Assembly: GCA_030704615.1 (NCBI GenBank)
Contig: CM060734.1
Coordinates: 21,762,001 to 21,826,000, forward strand
Length of the DNA stretch: 64,000 bases
DNA from: Takakia lepidozioides
Taxonomy: Eukaryota; Plantae; Bryophyta
Direction: 5' to 3'
Position numbers and translations under genes: made by a program. This document shows, piece by piece, positions 27,823 to 41,000 of this stretch. The notes under the pieces are model-generated. The model saw only the letters and a list, made by a program, of their open reading frames with translations, was not told the DNA's origin and ran no database searches. The first letter of the stretch is position 1; every line of letters begins with the position of its first letter.

Positions 27823-28667
27823 CGTCCCTCGTCTTTCAAAGGATTGCAACATATGTCAATTCAAACACCTGGTACATCAGGCCTGCTGGAACTTGACAAT
27901 ATATTGGGCAGTGCCAGAAACCAAGTCTCTCGACGGGGTAAAGAATTTCAGCTGACATAAGAGTGCGCCCCCTTTGATTGGAAGATGCATTTCAATAATG
28001 CTCCCCACAGACAGGCGCCGAGCAAAGCGTGAGATAGCATCAAGGCTCCTCTGTAATTCAACGAGTGTCGAACGGGAGGTTCCAGCGTATAGCTACTCCA
28101 TCTTTTGCGTGCAAGCGAACTACCGGGCCAAATCACAAAACCTTACCAAAAAGCTTCTCCAGCTGCCGGGGAGCGGGAGGCACGGCGCTGTTGCGAGGAT
28201 CCCAGCTTCCTTGAGAGTACTAGGATTGGGATTGGCCGGTGTGCAAAGCACCAGTCTCTCTGGAACTTGACTTTTGCAATCCCAGGCATCTCTTGTGCAA
28301 ACAATTGAACTTGATGTGAAAAAATGAGGGTGCTCAAGACAACCAAAAGGGCTTGAATCCTTCACTTATGGAAAGACAAGCTTGACAAGAATGATGAAAT
28401 ATTACAGGAATCACCAATACTCCAAATTCTGTCTCCCTAGCCTGTGTCGACTTCCGTCAACAGGAATAAAAACGCAGTGTTACGATTTCAATTTCGGAGA
28501 AAGATATCTTCCCAATTTCAAAAGACCGTCCACAAGCACAGGGTTCATACTAGACGGCCCAAGCCAGAGCTCCATTCTTCTGACCCTCATTCCAAAGAGA
28601 CGCTCTCCGAGCAAGATTTAACGCCCCGTAGCTCGATCTACCTGGCACCGTCTTATGATCTATTGGC

Positions 28668-28668
28668 G

Positions 28669-28707
<39 letters not shown>
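28668..28707. repeat. (CT)n microsatellite upstream of HAK coding region
   Basis: Read directly. Confidence 0.9.
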
Positions 28708-28710
<3 letters not shown>

Positions 28711-29176
28711 GTACGCACGACATGGACCCCCGACAGCAGCGCCAACGGAGGTGAGGAGGCCGTGCGCAGCATCTCAAGCGGGCCACACTTTCGCCACACT
28801 TCGCCAGAAACTATGCATTCAATGTTTCAGATCTTTTCGGAGCAAAAATGGATGAATTGGTGGATGGGATTGGGGCCCGCGGTTGGGCCCCACTTCACAG
28901 TTAGACAACGGAAGGTCCAAAGTCGTTGTTCATCCCAAATAACCGGAAAAGCCTTCCAGTGAATTTGTGTTCTGATCGACCACTTTTTCTTTCTTTCTCT
29001 TTTTCATTCATCATAAGCTCCACCTGGCACTGCATTTTCTTTTCTTTTTTGAAATAAATAGGCTAGTAGCTCCTCTGTTTGGAAGGCTCTTTTAGGTTTA
29101 TTTTTTCCACCTTTTTAATTCAATTTCGGGGTTTCTGCCTCCTTCTTGAAATATTACACATATATCTATATCAATA

Positions 29177-29808
29177 TGTAAACCCAAGTTTCATTTAAAA
29201 AAGAATCAGCGAGTGAGAAGCTGGCAGGATGAAGTGGGGGCGAGTGGAAAAGCAGGGAAGGACATGCAGGCGCTAGAGAAAAGGGGGGCTATGGAGTAGA
29301 TAGGTGGGCCCGGGCTGTAAGGACACCTAGAAAGAGGGAGAGAGAATGTTCAATTTATGAAAGATAAGGAAATAGGCGCACCATTGGAGTTTTTGTAGGG
29401 TTGGAATTACTGGAAACGTGTCAAAGGGTGGGGTGGTTTATGTAGGGTATCTTAGAAGTCTCTAGGGTCTTTTGGAAGGCCACACCACCCCCTGGCGGGG
29501 TCTTCTAGAAGTCTCCACCCCCTCCCAAGGCTATATAAGGAGATGCTCACTACTCACCTCACTATTTATACATATATAATAAGTATTTTAGTTAGTATTT
29601 AGGGGGCTCCCTCCGGGGCCCCAAAAACAAATAAGACCATAGCTAAATTAGTAGAGTGAGCATAAATGAGTGAATATAGATATAGTGAGAGATTAGAATT
29701 AGAGATTAGATATTGTTTGTATAATAGATTTAATAATTTAGACAATGTACATTAGTGTAAACACATTAGTCTTGGGTGTAAAGGCCATTGGGAGGCGAAT
29801 TCTTTACA
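29177..29808 (+). mobile_element. Putative solo LTR
   Basis: TGTAAA...TTTACA terminal inverted hexamer, internal CTATATAAG at ~29531, LTR-like composition; no clean TSD seen. Confidence 0.45.
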
Positions 29809-30001
29809 ATAATCCCACTCAGCTAAGGGATTATTTTAGAGAATTTGCCAACCAATGGCCGTTGTGCGGGACTGAAACACTCGTGAGCACTGGAGCAATA
29901 GCCAAGTCAAGCCAAAGTTTCCACAAAATAATATGCCAACGTCCAATGTCCAGCCGGACCAGCATGTAGCCCAGTGGTAATGGGCACATACCGTGCTGGA
30001 T

Positions 30002-30993
30002 GTGGTTGTGGGTTCAAACCACGGTCTGGTGTGTCATAGTGTCCACCTTCCAACTAGAAGGCAGTAGCCCTTGTGGTGAAGTGACACCACGAGTTACGCT
30101 CCCTTCGGGAGGCGTCATACCTTTTTTTTTTGGCCAACATCCAATGGTCCAGATCGTATGATCCAGGAAGTCGTATTTTCGACCTACATACGTGGTTGAC
30201 CATATGTGTTTCACTGCCTTCGTGGATGACTACGAGTTTTTCAGTTCTTTCGTGGATGAAATTAACATCAACGGCTTGTAGATCAGGGTCGCCGTGCACA
30301 TCCATGGCTCGCAACCTCCCCCTAAATCTACTACGTACGTTAGGTATGTCCTCTGGACCAGCTACCATTGGTAGCCGAACCTGTAGGTGCCTCAGGAGTC
30401 ACCACGGGACCACTCCGGTGGCTGGGATATCGAGGACCCTAGTAGCTAGTCCATAAAGTAGCCGTAGAACTACACAGGCACTTGATGTCCTAGATAATGG
30501 CCACCGGGTGGACCCGGCAAGCGTCGAGGCCGCGGGCAGGGTCAACCGGTGGCCATTATCGAACGTAATTGGAATGGGGGAATATTCCTCGGGTTTGTAG
30601 CCCAGATGTCGCTATCAGAGCTACGATAGCCAAAGAAGACTCGCCACGTGGTACAATATGGCAAACTCGCTTGACAAGTGAAGGGCCAAACCCTGTGAAA
30701 CGTTGGGTGGAAGCTATAATACGACCCCATGTCCAATTATGTGTCCGTAATGAGCTTGTAGAAAGTGTAGAGAAATTACGGACCATTCCAAAATTTAATC
30801 AACCTCTAAACACTAAAGCGTTATCAAAGACCCAAATAAGGTGACTGTACCCAAAAAGAAAATGGTGGGTGTATTGCCCAAGCACACATATATTATTGTG
30901 GTGTTATACCCCCAATGAAACTATGCCTTCCAGTGGAAGGTGGAGACTGTACACATTTATGACATCCAACATGTGGTTTGAACCCAAAACCAC
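30002..30993. mobile_element. Non-autonomous TIR element (MITE-like), ~1 kb
   Basis: GTGGTTGTGGGTTCAAACCAC...CCACCTTCCAACTAGAAGGCA at 30002-30063 is the reverse complement of 30924-30993; no coding capacity recognised. Confidence 0.7.
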
Positions 30994-33574
30994 TACTGAA
31001 GTGTTTTATTACCACAAAGCTAAATGTTGATTATATATGTTTAATTGTCTAAAATAGACAAGAGAGAGAGATATATATATATATATATATATTCTATCAT
31101 ACATGTTTATAATTTGAAACTTGCTCACCATAAAACCAAATGTTGAACTTACAAGGGTTTCAAAAACTCGGTAAACCATTAATTTCTGTTTGATGGTTTT
31201 ATCATAATTAATATGTAAAAGTGCTCTAACATTTACATTGAATCCGTGAAGAAACAAAAAGAAACAAAAATAAATATTAGAGCACATTAGAAAAAAAGAT
31301 TTATAAATTTTAGTTTTTTCTTCCAGACAGCTTAAGAAAATGATGACGATGCCATGGCACTATTCGTGCTCTACACCAAAACTAACTAGTGTCCGACCCA
31401 ACGTTTTTTTTTTTTGGACGAATTTTCGCCAAAAGGCTCCAGTAAAAAAATGAACTGCTACCCCACTAAAAGAAATTCAAGGCATTTTTTTCCCATTTTC
31501 GCCAAAACCTAAGGAAGAATGACGAGCCTGTCCCTGTTCTCCACGAGGCAGACATGTGGCGCCATCCAGTGGCTGCCATAGCCTGCATGGACGGGTCAGA
31601 TATTGAGGAGGGTTGGGGTGTGAGTAGCCAGCGCAGACCCTGGCTATGGTGGAGGAGCCCACCACTTCCACCTGCAAGCAGTTAGGTTTCGCCATAGCCA
31701 GTGTACATCTTGAGCCTTGCATTAGCGAGCAAGAAATGAACGCAGGGCCTTGCATTAGCCAGCAAAGAATGAACAGGCATCATTCATTCATTCATTGCCT
31801 GTACATTAGGCATCACCCTAATGTTTGCCTGTGGTGAACCATTGTTTGCCTGTACACCCTAATGGATGATGCCTACAAACAATGTTCATGAATTTTGATA
31901 TGTCTTTCCTGCGCAATATACATTTCTGCTTTGTTAGAGTGGACTAATCTTGCTTCACATAAGGTAGAAACACCCAAATGTGTGCACTTAAGCAGTATGA
32001 CTCATAGGGCTCGATGGAGCGAGGAGGAAATAATATGGTTGGATTAGCAATTCAACGAACAGGACCTCATGTAAATTCCAAAATTTTAGAGGCAAGTGGT
32101 CAATTGATATGAATTATCAAAAGTGGTGGTACATAACTTCCTATGTCTGTGCAGTAGACTCACCTAATGCTCACCCAAATTATATCTAATCTAAAACTTG
32201 CTCATGCCTTATATGCACAACTTGTGCATCTGAAAACATGCCATGTGTAAGCAATTAATAACCACCTTTAGACCTGCCAATGGCCTGGCCTGACATCTAC
32301 AAAGGTATCGTAGGCATGCAAACTCAAAGCAGCAATGGCCTCAAAACTGAACACCTACAGTACGAAGTCTGTCCATGATGGTTCCCAAAAGTCATCAAAC
32401 ATGGATGAAATATTAAGCCCCCGTAATTGTATTCTTATCCTTGTTGGAACACAATGCAATGCATTCCCGTCCCGTCCCGTCCATTCTCTCTTCTAACGTG
32501 GGTCCAAGTTGCAAGCTATATCGGAGACATGTGTACATGTTACTTTCAACTTTTCAAGGTGTCAGTTTCCAAAGTCCCTAGCTTATGTGCTCGTTTACAA
32601 CGTGAAACACTATAGCAAACAACTCTCAAACGTAAAAATACTGTATACTGGACTTTTGTAGCACACATGCATAGCCGAGGAGATTTGTAGAAAAGCGAGA
32701 GTGTCGCGGCCCTTTGCCTTGAGGGCAGGGGGTCGGGACACATGAGGAGCTGCCCCTGTGGTGGGGGCAGCGGCAGCGATAGGTATGGGGGGCTGAAGCA
32801 CCCTTGAGTGCCCAAGGCACTCAAGGAGGCGGAGGCGCTCACTAGGTGGAGCCCCGCACACCGAGTTGCGGTGGGGGTGGCTCCACAAGGGGTGGTGGTA
32901 GCTTAGCGGGACTTAGTGGGGGTGACATAGAACTCACCATGGGGGCGGAGACCTCGTGGTGGGAGTCGTGGGGAGTCTTGGGACTCATCACGGTCCATAA
33001 GGGCCGTGGTGAGTGGGCCAAGACTCACCGCGACTCAACGACGCAATGGCGTGAGCGTTGCACGTGAGCGCGCGAGCGTACGCTCACGCCAGCTGACGTG
33101 GCGTGAGCCTGCACACATGCTGACGTGGCGTGAGCGTCATGTCAACATGCTGATGTGGCGGTAAATGATGACGTGGCACTGTCCGTCAACTGCCACGTCA
33201 GCATTAACATGCGCCGCCTATAACCGTGGATGGTCCTATGACCGTGGAATTAATGCAGGGAATCTTGCCTAAATAGAATCAAGACGAGCGTTAAGGCCTA
33301 CAATTGCAGCATCCAACATTGTGCAATTACAAATGTTTGTTTCACTTTTACAATTACGAAGACGACAAAATATCCTCACAAAGTGTGCGCCATAAAGGCT
33401 GCCACGAGAAGACTTCCTCCCTCCTCAAATAACAATGAGAGTTATGATCATCTTCAAAAGATGATTGTAGTGCATAGCGACAGCAAGACATGTAGACTTC
33501 GAACGGTGCAATGACAAATGTGCACTACCTAAAAGTTGTCACTCAGACACTCACTCCTCCGTATAGAGGCCATA

Positions 33575-36500
33575 TCATTGCACAGCCGACGAATTGATGT
33601 GAATTACACATTTCAAATCATGGTCATCCACATACCACATTACATAGTTCATGCTACCCATGTGTTGTATCCCGCTGCAAAGAGTATCGACCTCGTTGAA
33701 ACTCATAGTGGCCTGGTGAATGAAGTTGTCACGTTTGGGATCGCAAACCATCCTCCTCAAAAATATGAAATACAAATGTTTGCAGGGTATGAATTTACCT
33801 CTCTTGCCCAAACTGGTTGATAGCATATTCACAAAATCAGGACATGTGCAATTGGGGAAATTGGAAACCGTGATGTCGTAGGTCCTGTCATGAACAGCAG
33901 ATGTGGAAGTGATGATTGTGAATACCCGACCATATCCTGGATCGGGTACTTCCGTGGTGCTTCCGACACGAGCTTGGAGCATTCTTGCGGACTCCACTTT
34001 GCCAAAGTGTTCAGCGGTTGGAGGGAAACGCCGAACGAGCTTTCCATCTCGTTTGGTTGGCCACAAGTCAGGATTTGCCGGGGGGACCGGGAGGACGCAG
34101 GAGTAGTAGCACATGCATGGAGTTGGGGTTGTCTCGCAAGGGAAAAACCTGCCTCCTCCAGCATTTCAATCTCCTGAAAGCTGAGATGTGTTCCCACCTT
34201 CACGGGCCAAACGGTTGGAGGAGATGGCTTCATCACTACGGAAGGACGCACAGTTCCATGCACACATCTGGCACAATCATCTGCGCAGAACCAGAACTTG
34301 GTTCTTGGCTTCTGGTTGACCGTATGGACGCATCAAGCCCGTGAAAGTCGGAGCAGGAGTTCGGGCACCACCTCTGGATATAGATGAAGTGCACTTCTCG
34401 AAATTAGTTGCCCTGATCGCTGTACATTTCACACGAGACCCGACACTTGTGCGTTCTATGTGCCAAACGTGGTCGGGGCATGCGGACTCAAGCACATCAA
34501 GGGGGTTGTTTCTCTCCTGCACCATTTCAGTGGCACGGTTTGATGCTGGAGCTTGCCGTCGTGTTGGAGGTTCCTCCACAATGGAGGTTCCGGACACGGA
34601 GCTGTCATGCAGGGGAACACGAGGCTTCGAGAAGTTATCACGGTCTGCCCTGTGGGAATCTGAATCCGAACCAGGTGGAGTGTTCAATTTCCTCTTACAG
34701 GAGCCGAATCTCTCCTCCCCTTCAAGATGTGGAACTCTAGAAACAAGTGGCGTTCCCTGGGCATACATGCTCACCGCCCGTGCTATCTTGATTGGATCCC
34801 CAGATCTGTTTGCAGCACGCAACATCAACTCCGATTTGTCCGGACCCTTGCCACCAACCCCACCTCGTAAGAAATCACGGTATCGGGTTTGTTGTTGCAA
34901 GGCACGTATCAAATCATCTGTTGTTGCCACATACAAATCCCGACCTCGTTTCCCAGACTGCTGCAACCATGCATTGTGCACAGTTTCTGCCAAATTGCAA
35001 GATGGCATGTCTGCCATTTCCTCAATGGACATGTTCTGCAAAGAGGATAACCACACTTCAGAATAGTGCACAGGAAACAACATAAAGAAAGCAATGAGTC
35101 AAAAATATGGAAAGCAAATGTATGAATAAAGCATGAAATAGAAGCCTCGTACCATTGTCATGGCTGCTCCCCACTGTCTATACCGGAAGTGCCAAAACGC
35201 CAGCCAATCTTCCAATGCTCTCATACTCTCAAGTGATGCAGCTCCAGAAGAGAACCACCAGGCACGAATTGTCTGGAACAAAGTGTCCGCCTCCTTCATT
35301 GTTCTAGCATCTTTGTACTCTTTGCACAATTTACGGTGCTGAGTCTGCATCTCTGGTTTGATGTCCGACTTTGTATGTTTTTCCAGAGATTGTGTCCAAT
35401 GGAATAGACATGTACGCTCTCTTCCTGGCATAGGCACTTTGGGTCGCCCGATCCGAAGACAATACGAATAGCATTGAAATTTGCTTGAGCACTATCCGCC
35501 ATGAAACCTGCGAAATTTGGAGATGGCAGCCCATGGCAGCCCATGACACGTATCAGGGAATTCCACATGAGCTTCTGGGATTCCGTATCCTCGGATTGCA
35601 TGTCACAAACTGCAATTGTCATAACTCGTTGGTACACTGGATCGTAGACATGACAAGCCATTGTCGTCCAATCCTTCACTCGTTTCACATGATCAAACAT
35701 AAGAAAACAGTTCTGCAAGTCCCCAGTCTTCTGCATCCGCTTCACGAGGCTAACCCCACTGCCCTCCCCAACAGTCGACATTTTGAAAGAAAAACTTTGA
35801 TGGCACCTTGACCTGGGAATACATTGTCCTGGATGTAATCGTACTTGCTCACTCGTTTCAATTCCAAAATATTGTCTATGTAGCCTCTGATCCCAGAGCC
35901 CATTCTCAATGCATTGATCTGATGCCGAATGTTAGGTGAACTTAAAGTGGAGAAATGATCCATGACCAGGTCCAATGCTGCACCGTCAAGTTTAGTCCCC
36001 ACAGAATCTCCTTCACTCAAAATATGGCTTTCCAAGAAGGACTTGCTTGCGCCAAGAGCAATTGCAGATGTTGTTGCGGATGGGTTTCTCCCGAACTCCT
36101 GTTTGATCAACCTCGATACTGTCTCAACACTCTCCCTGTAATCCCCCTTCGAGACAGGATGGTTATGGAATCCAAAATGCACACAAGCTCTCGTCATTGT
36201 ATTCAAAAACCAACATAGTACATTCTTGCTCCGCAGAGCCAAGCAGGATGGCACAAGTTTGCAGAATTTGCAGACGAAAGTGTTTGCCGGTGGAGGGGCA
36301 GTCCCAGGCTGAAATGGATTCTCCGCCAGACCCTCCCATTCGCTTTGATTATGAACTCCAGACTGAAGAAAGTGTCTGCAATTCAAATTATCACACCTAA
36401 GGTGTCCATTGCAAACTGTCCTCCTGAAAACAAGCTTGTCATCATTCTGAATATTGGATGTTTTTGTTCTGCACCACGGGTGCCCGTCGTGTTTCTTGTC

Positions 36501-37156
36501 CATTCCATGCATCATGATTGTTACACCTCCAACTCGCGGAGGAGGAGGCAGCTCGAATAGGATATCGCCATCAAAAGTCTCCGGCAAGAACTTCACAGGC
36601 ACCTGCTTCAAAGATTCCCAATCAATTCCCCGCAACTCACTTTTGAATCCAGCCATTCCTCCCATCGCCCGCAATTTTGGAATGACACTACAAATCTCTT
36701 CTTCATCAGCTTCTGCAACCACAGTAGGAAGGACTGGATTTGGAATTTCACTTATGTCATCATCGGAAGAATCCGAAAGCTCAACGATTGGAGTGGAGGA
36801 AGTCTGTTCTTTTTTCACCACCACCTCCCTCTTGTCTTCAACGACCGAAGCAGCAGTCCCGGGCGTCACATATGACCCAAGGGACTTTCGCCGAGGCTCT
36901 CCAAGTACTCTGTATCGACCAGGACGCACTCTCCACTGGCTGATATGAGCCGTCTCATCACGGTTTTGGAAAGAATATTTCACCAACTTCCCTTTCAGAT
37001 CGTAAACCTCTTTCTCCAAAAAGATGGAGCCATTCTGCAGCTGAAAACGGGTAGCCAAGACATGTTCCAGAACAATTGCAAATCCATTGTCAAGGACTTC
37101 CTGGAGAACGGCACTGGTTTGTCGTCTGAGAAGAACTCCGCTTCAGAGGAAGCCAT
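33575..37156 (-). CDS. MULE-type DDE transposase with N-terminal GCM/WRKY-like zinc-binding domain and C-terminal SWIM finger; several frameshifts
   Basis: Successive ORFs give HDGHPW...CNGHLRCDNLNC...CKFC...HFGFHNHP; FLMFDHVKR (D), FMADSAQAN (D), CLFH (CxxH), SCNLAETVH (E); CTCPDF...CKHLYFIF (SWIM). Start position approximate. Confidence 0.85.
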
Positions 37157-38006
37157 CTTCCTTCCTCGAGTATGTTTGTACCTTGCTATCGCAGATCTAG
37201 TGTAAATCGGTTTACTGCTGTCTCCAGAACACAGTTGAAGAATGAGCAGAGCATATGGCGGAGGAAGCTCAGATAACGACTGTGCATATTCTGTTATTCA
37301 TTCCAGATATGCAGCCGTCCATTTTAATTACTTTTCTTGTGGGCCCAGTGGTCAGAGAATCCTAGGGGCAGTGTCGGCAACTGTTAAACCGTTAATCAGA
37401 ACCTCATCAATAAACCCAATAACAAAGCCGACTTCCTGGAAGCATGCCACAGGATCTGAGAATGGGATTGCAGATTAAGTAAATGTATCTATATACTACT
37501 ACCAATGATCATGCGCACCTGGAAAGTTCCAAATGTGCAACGAATGTGGGGTTTGGATAACAAGGATGACCGTGTATGATATTCCAAAATTTGTCATCAA
37601 ACTCTCGTTCATTTATATTTATTTGTTTAAGACTGCGCATCAATTTCTGGGATTCGCTGTTCTTTTTAAATATTGAACCGTTATAATTTAGAACACGCCG
37701 TTTTTTTGGGCGGCACACGTCAGACATCCATAACTGAATACGAACAGCTGTACACCAATTGCTGGCATGTGCACTAATAAGGAAACGACTATGTGTAACG
37801 GTCACGCGGAGGGAATCCGATGCTTCTAGAGACACGCAAGAACACAGGCAATCCCGCAAGAAATCGGGAGTCACTGCGTTTTTCTACTTTTCGCGCTTAG
37901 AGGGAGAGTGGTAGTCAAGCTGGAGAGGGTTCCTTCTAGAATACGAAAGAGAAGAAAGTCTCTTTATTTTACTTCCCTTAGAGAGAGACGCAGAGCAAGA
38001 GAGAAA

Positions 38007-41000
38007 ATGACGAGGCGTCGTTTGTTGGAGAACACAGGGCCAAGGCAGCAGGTGAACGCGGAGACTGATTCACAAGAGCAGACGGAGACTGAGGCAGCGG
38101 CTGCGACACAGTCGGCGATAAGAGTGCGCCAGCCTGTGGAGGCAGAGATGAATCGCAGGGACACTGAAGAAGGTGGAAGCACGCGGAACGCCGAACCTGA
38201 AGAAGGTCAAGAAACCCTTGCGCAGACAGAAACTCCAGCAGATGTGAGAGGGAAGAGGAAAGCTGCAGAAGGGGATCAAATTTCAAAACCTAAGAAGGTG
38301 CCAGTAAGTTTTATCATATAGTCTGTGTGATTGCCTTTGGAGTCCTTCCTCTTCCATTCTTTAGCAGGAACTACTGAATCGCGAGCGTCGTTAACGCCAT
38401 TCGATTCTGCTCATGAGATTTATGTACCTGTGTTTGAAGAGAGAGTCTGCACTTACTATTCTCCCTAAACTACACTGAATGTCGTTGCCGCCAATCAGTT
38501 GCACATATATGTCATTACACAACACCGATCCGGCAGGTTGTTATCTTTGTGATTGTCGTTAACGCCGTTCGCTATCGCTCTCACTTTTGTTTTGAATACG
38601 GCAGTCTCGGCTTTGCATGTGTAGATTGTGCTGAATTCTTTCACACCATTCATGGTGAGTTTCCTTGATACAGAGTGATGTCGTTACCGCCATTCACTAT
38701 TTGCAAATCACTTAGTCAGAACTGAATGGCATCGTGCAGAAAACTGTGAGGTCGAAGCCTACAGGATCAGAGGGGAAAGGATCTGGAGATGGGGACGAGT
38801 CCGCAAAAAGCTCAGAGAATACAGATGAAGCAGATGAATCCGAAGTGCACTACCTTGACAAGGTGAAAGAACTCATGTCATTCCAGAAGGTAAACTCTCA
38901 GGAGGTTATAAGGGACATGCTCGTATCTGGAGGGCGTCTGGACATACCTCTGTGCCGGATGATATCAATGCCTGTTGTGCGTCCACCTCTTTCCCATGAC
39001 ATAACAAAATTGGAGAGTGATTTTGTGCATGGATATAGACTTGGTGCACAAGTTTTTTATGTGTCACTGACGGGATAAATGGGAAAAGCACATTAGTTTC
39101 TCCAGAGATCAGTGATAACTGGGATGAGTGCTGGAAAGATGCCAATGAGGAGTTCGAGCTGGGCCTCATGATGGGAAAGAACACCCAGCAATTTTGCAAC
39201 CACATGTTCTACGTCTGGGACGGCAACCACCGATTGCTGGCATGGATGGGATACATTCAGAAACACCATTCGAAAGACAAAGACAAGCATGTTGCTGTGG
39301 AGGCAATGGTTTTGGATCCAGGAAACGACATCGCTAGGCTTCTTACAGCTATGCACGACGTGAACAAGTAAGTCATCCAGGAGATTTCATTCCCTCTGTA
39401 GTGTCTTGTTGATCCTCAAAAAACAGTGTTAAGGAATGCAATGTTTTCAATGTTTTTGCAGATCGACAGAGAAATCGCATGTGACAACAAGCTTGGTTCA
39501 CACACTATTCCGAATTCAGAGGATTGGTCTGATGAAGCTGGATGATTTTCGGACAGTACTACCACCCAATATCATCAAGAAGTGCGAAACAGGAAGAGCT
39601 GCAGGCACTTGGTATTCTTTGACACGAGAGGCGTTTCTGGAGTACATGTATGCGGTAAGCCCGAGTCTGTAATCTGTTTACTTTTCGAATACATGTTTAG
39701 AGTCCCTTCGGAGCTAATCACTACTTGAATGAATGCAGCAAGAACTGGCAGAGGCAGCTGAGAAGGGAAAATCCGAATATTACCGCACTACACCAGAGGA
39801 ACTAAGGACATCAAAGGGTGTGGAAGCTGCAATAAAGAAGGAGTTTGAGATGCGAAGAACCAAATTGATGTCAGCCTTCGGAAAGCAGCTTAGAATAGTA
39901 GATCCTGGACTTGGTCCTGAGTTCCTTCAGCAGATCAAAACACACTATGACAAGCATGTGCATCCGGAGATGCAGCAGGAGAAATTGCACCGGCTGGCCA
40001 TATCGATGGTCGACCCACAAACAAAAATAAGGTGGCTGGAGATATGGAACTCAGATCAAACAGTAAAGGACTTGAATCAGTTCCCAAAGAGCACCATACA
40101 GCCTGGCACAAAGGTGGAAGGAATCAGTGATTTGGTGTTTGATAAACTGGCTCCACAAGGCTACATTTTGGAGTCAGGTGTGTATTCGAACATGCTGTTT
40201 CTTCTCTTCAAGTATGTGATGTGTTTCTTTTTTGCAATTCTGACAAATATACTATTTGCAGCTCGAAAAGCGCGCCGTCATTGTGCTGGGATCAGACTTT
40301 GAAGGACCTGAACATTGCGATTGTTTCCCCTCCCCAAATGTCATTGGAGGCATACATAAGGAAGTGGAGAGGTCTCACCTGGAGATACTGTTTTTTCCGG
40401 GAGTTCTCCAAAGATGGTAACATTTTACGGTCCAACGACTTTGACAGTCAGGTTGGAGGAGAGTGGGCCATGATGCGAGTTGTGTACAGGTGAAATGTCA
40501 TACTTGAAACTCTACTGTTTTTTTGGGAAAAATTGTGGCTTCATATGGATTGCAATCTTAGATCCAGATTGAATGTCGTTGACGACATTCACTTCTTTGT
40601 CTGAGTCATTCTTAAGCGAGTATATGAATTCACCTGGTTAGGATCTAAGGGTGCAATTATATTGTCCCTGATTAGAATTGATAATGTCCTTGAATGGCGT
40701 TGACGACATTCACATACGGAGTTGTTTGGTCCTCAAGGTTATTTAAATTTTTGTAATGTCCATAGAGGTTACAATGAGGGTTGATCACTTCATTTTGCTG
40801 AATGTCAATGCAGACATTCAGTTGTTCTGCATTGTTTTTTCCTCTTGCGATGAATATGGAGGCTTGATAAGCTCTGTTTTAAGAAATCCAAAGTGAATGT
40901 CGTTGACGACATTCACAGCTGTGTCTGTGTATTCAAAAACGACAAATTCAATTTTCATGGATTGGGGAGCTAAGTAATTGGTTTCTTTTTTGTTTTTGTG

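Noticed and set aside
31395-32690. Possible non-autonomous repeat beginning TTTTTTGGACGAATTTTCGCC
   Set aside because: Boundaries and class cannot be supported from one copy
34341-36948. Plus-strand ORFs of 241 and 164 aa
   Set aside because: Antisense shadows of the transposase frame
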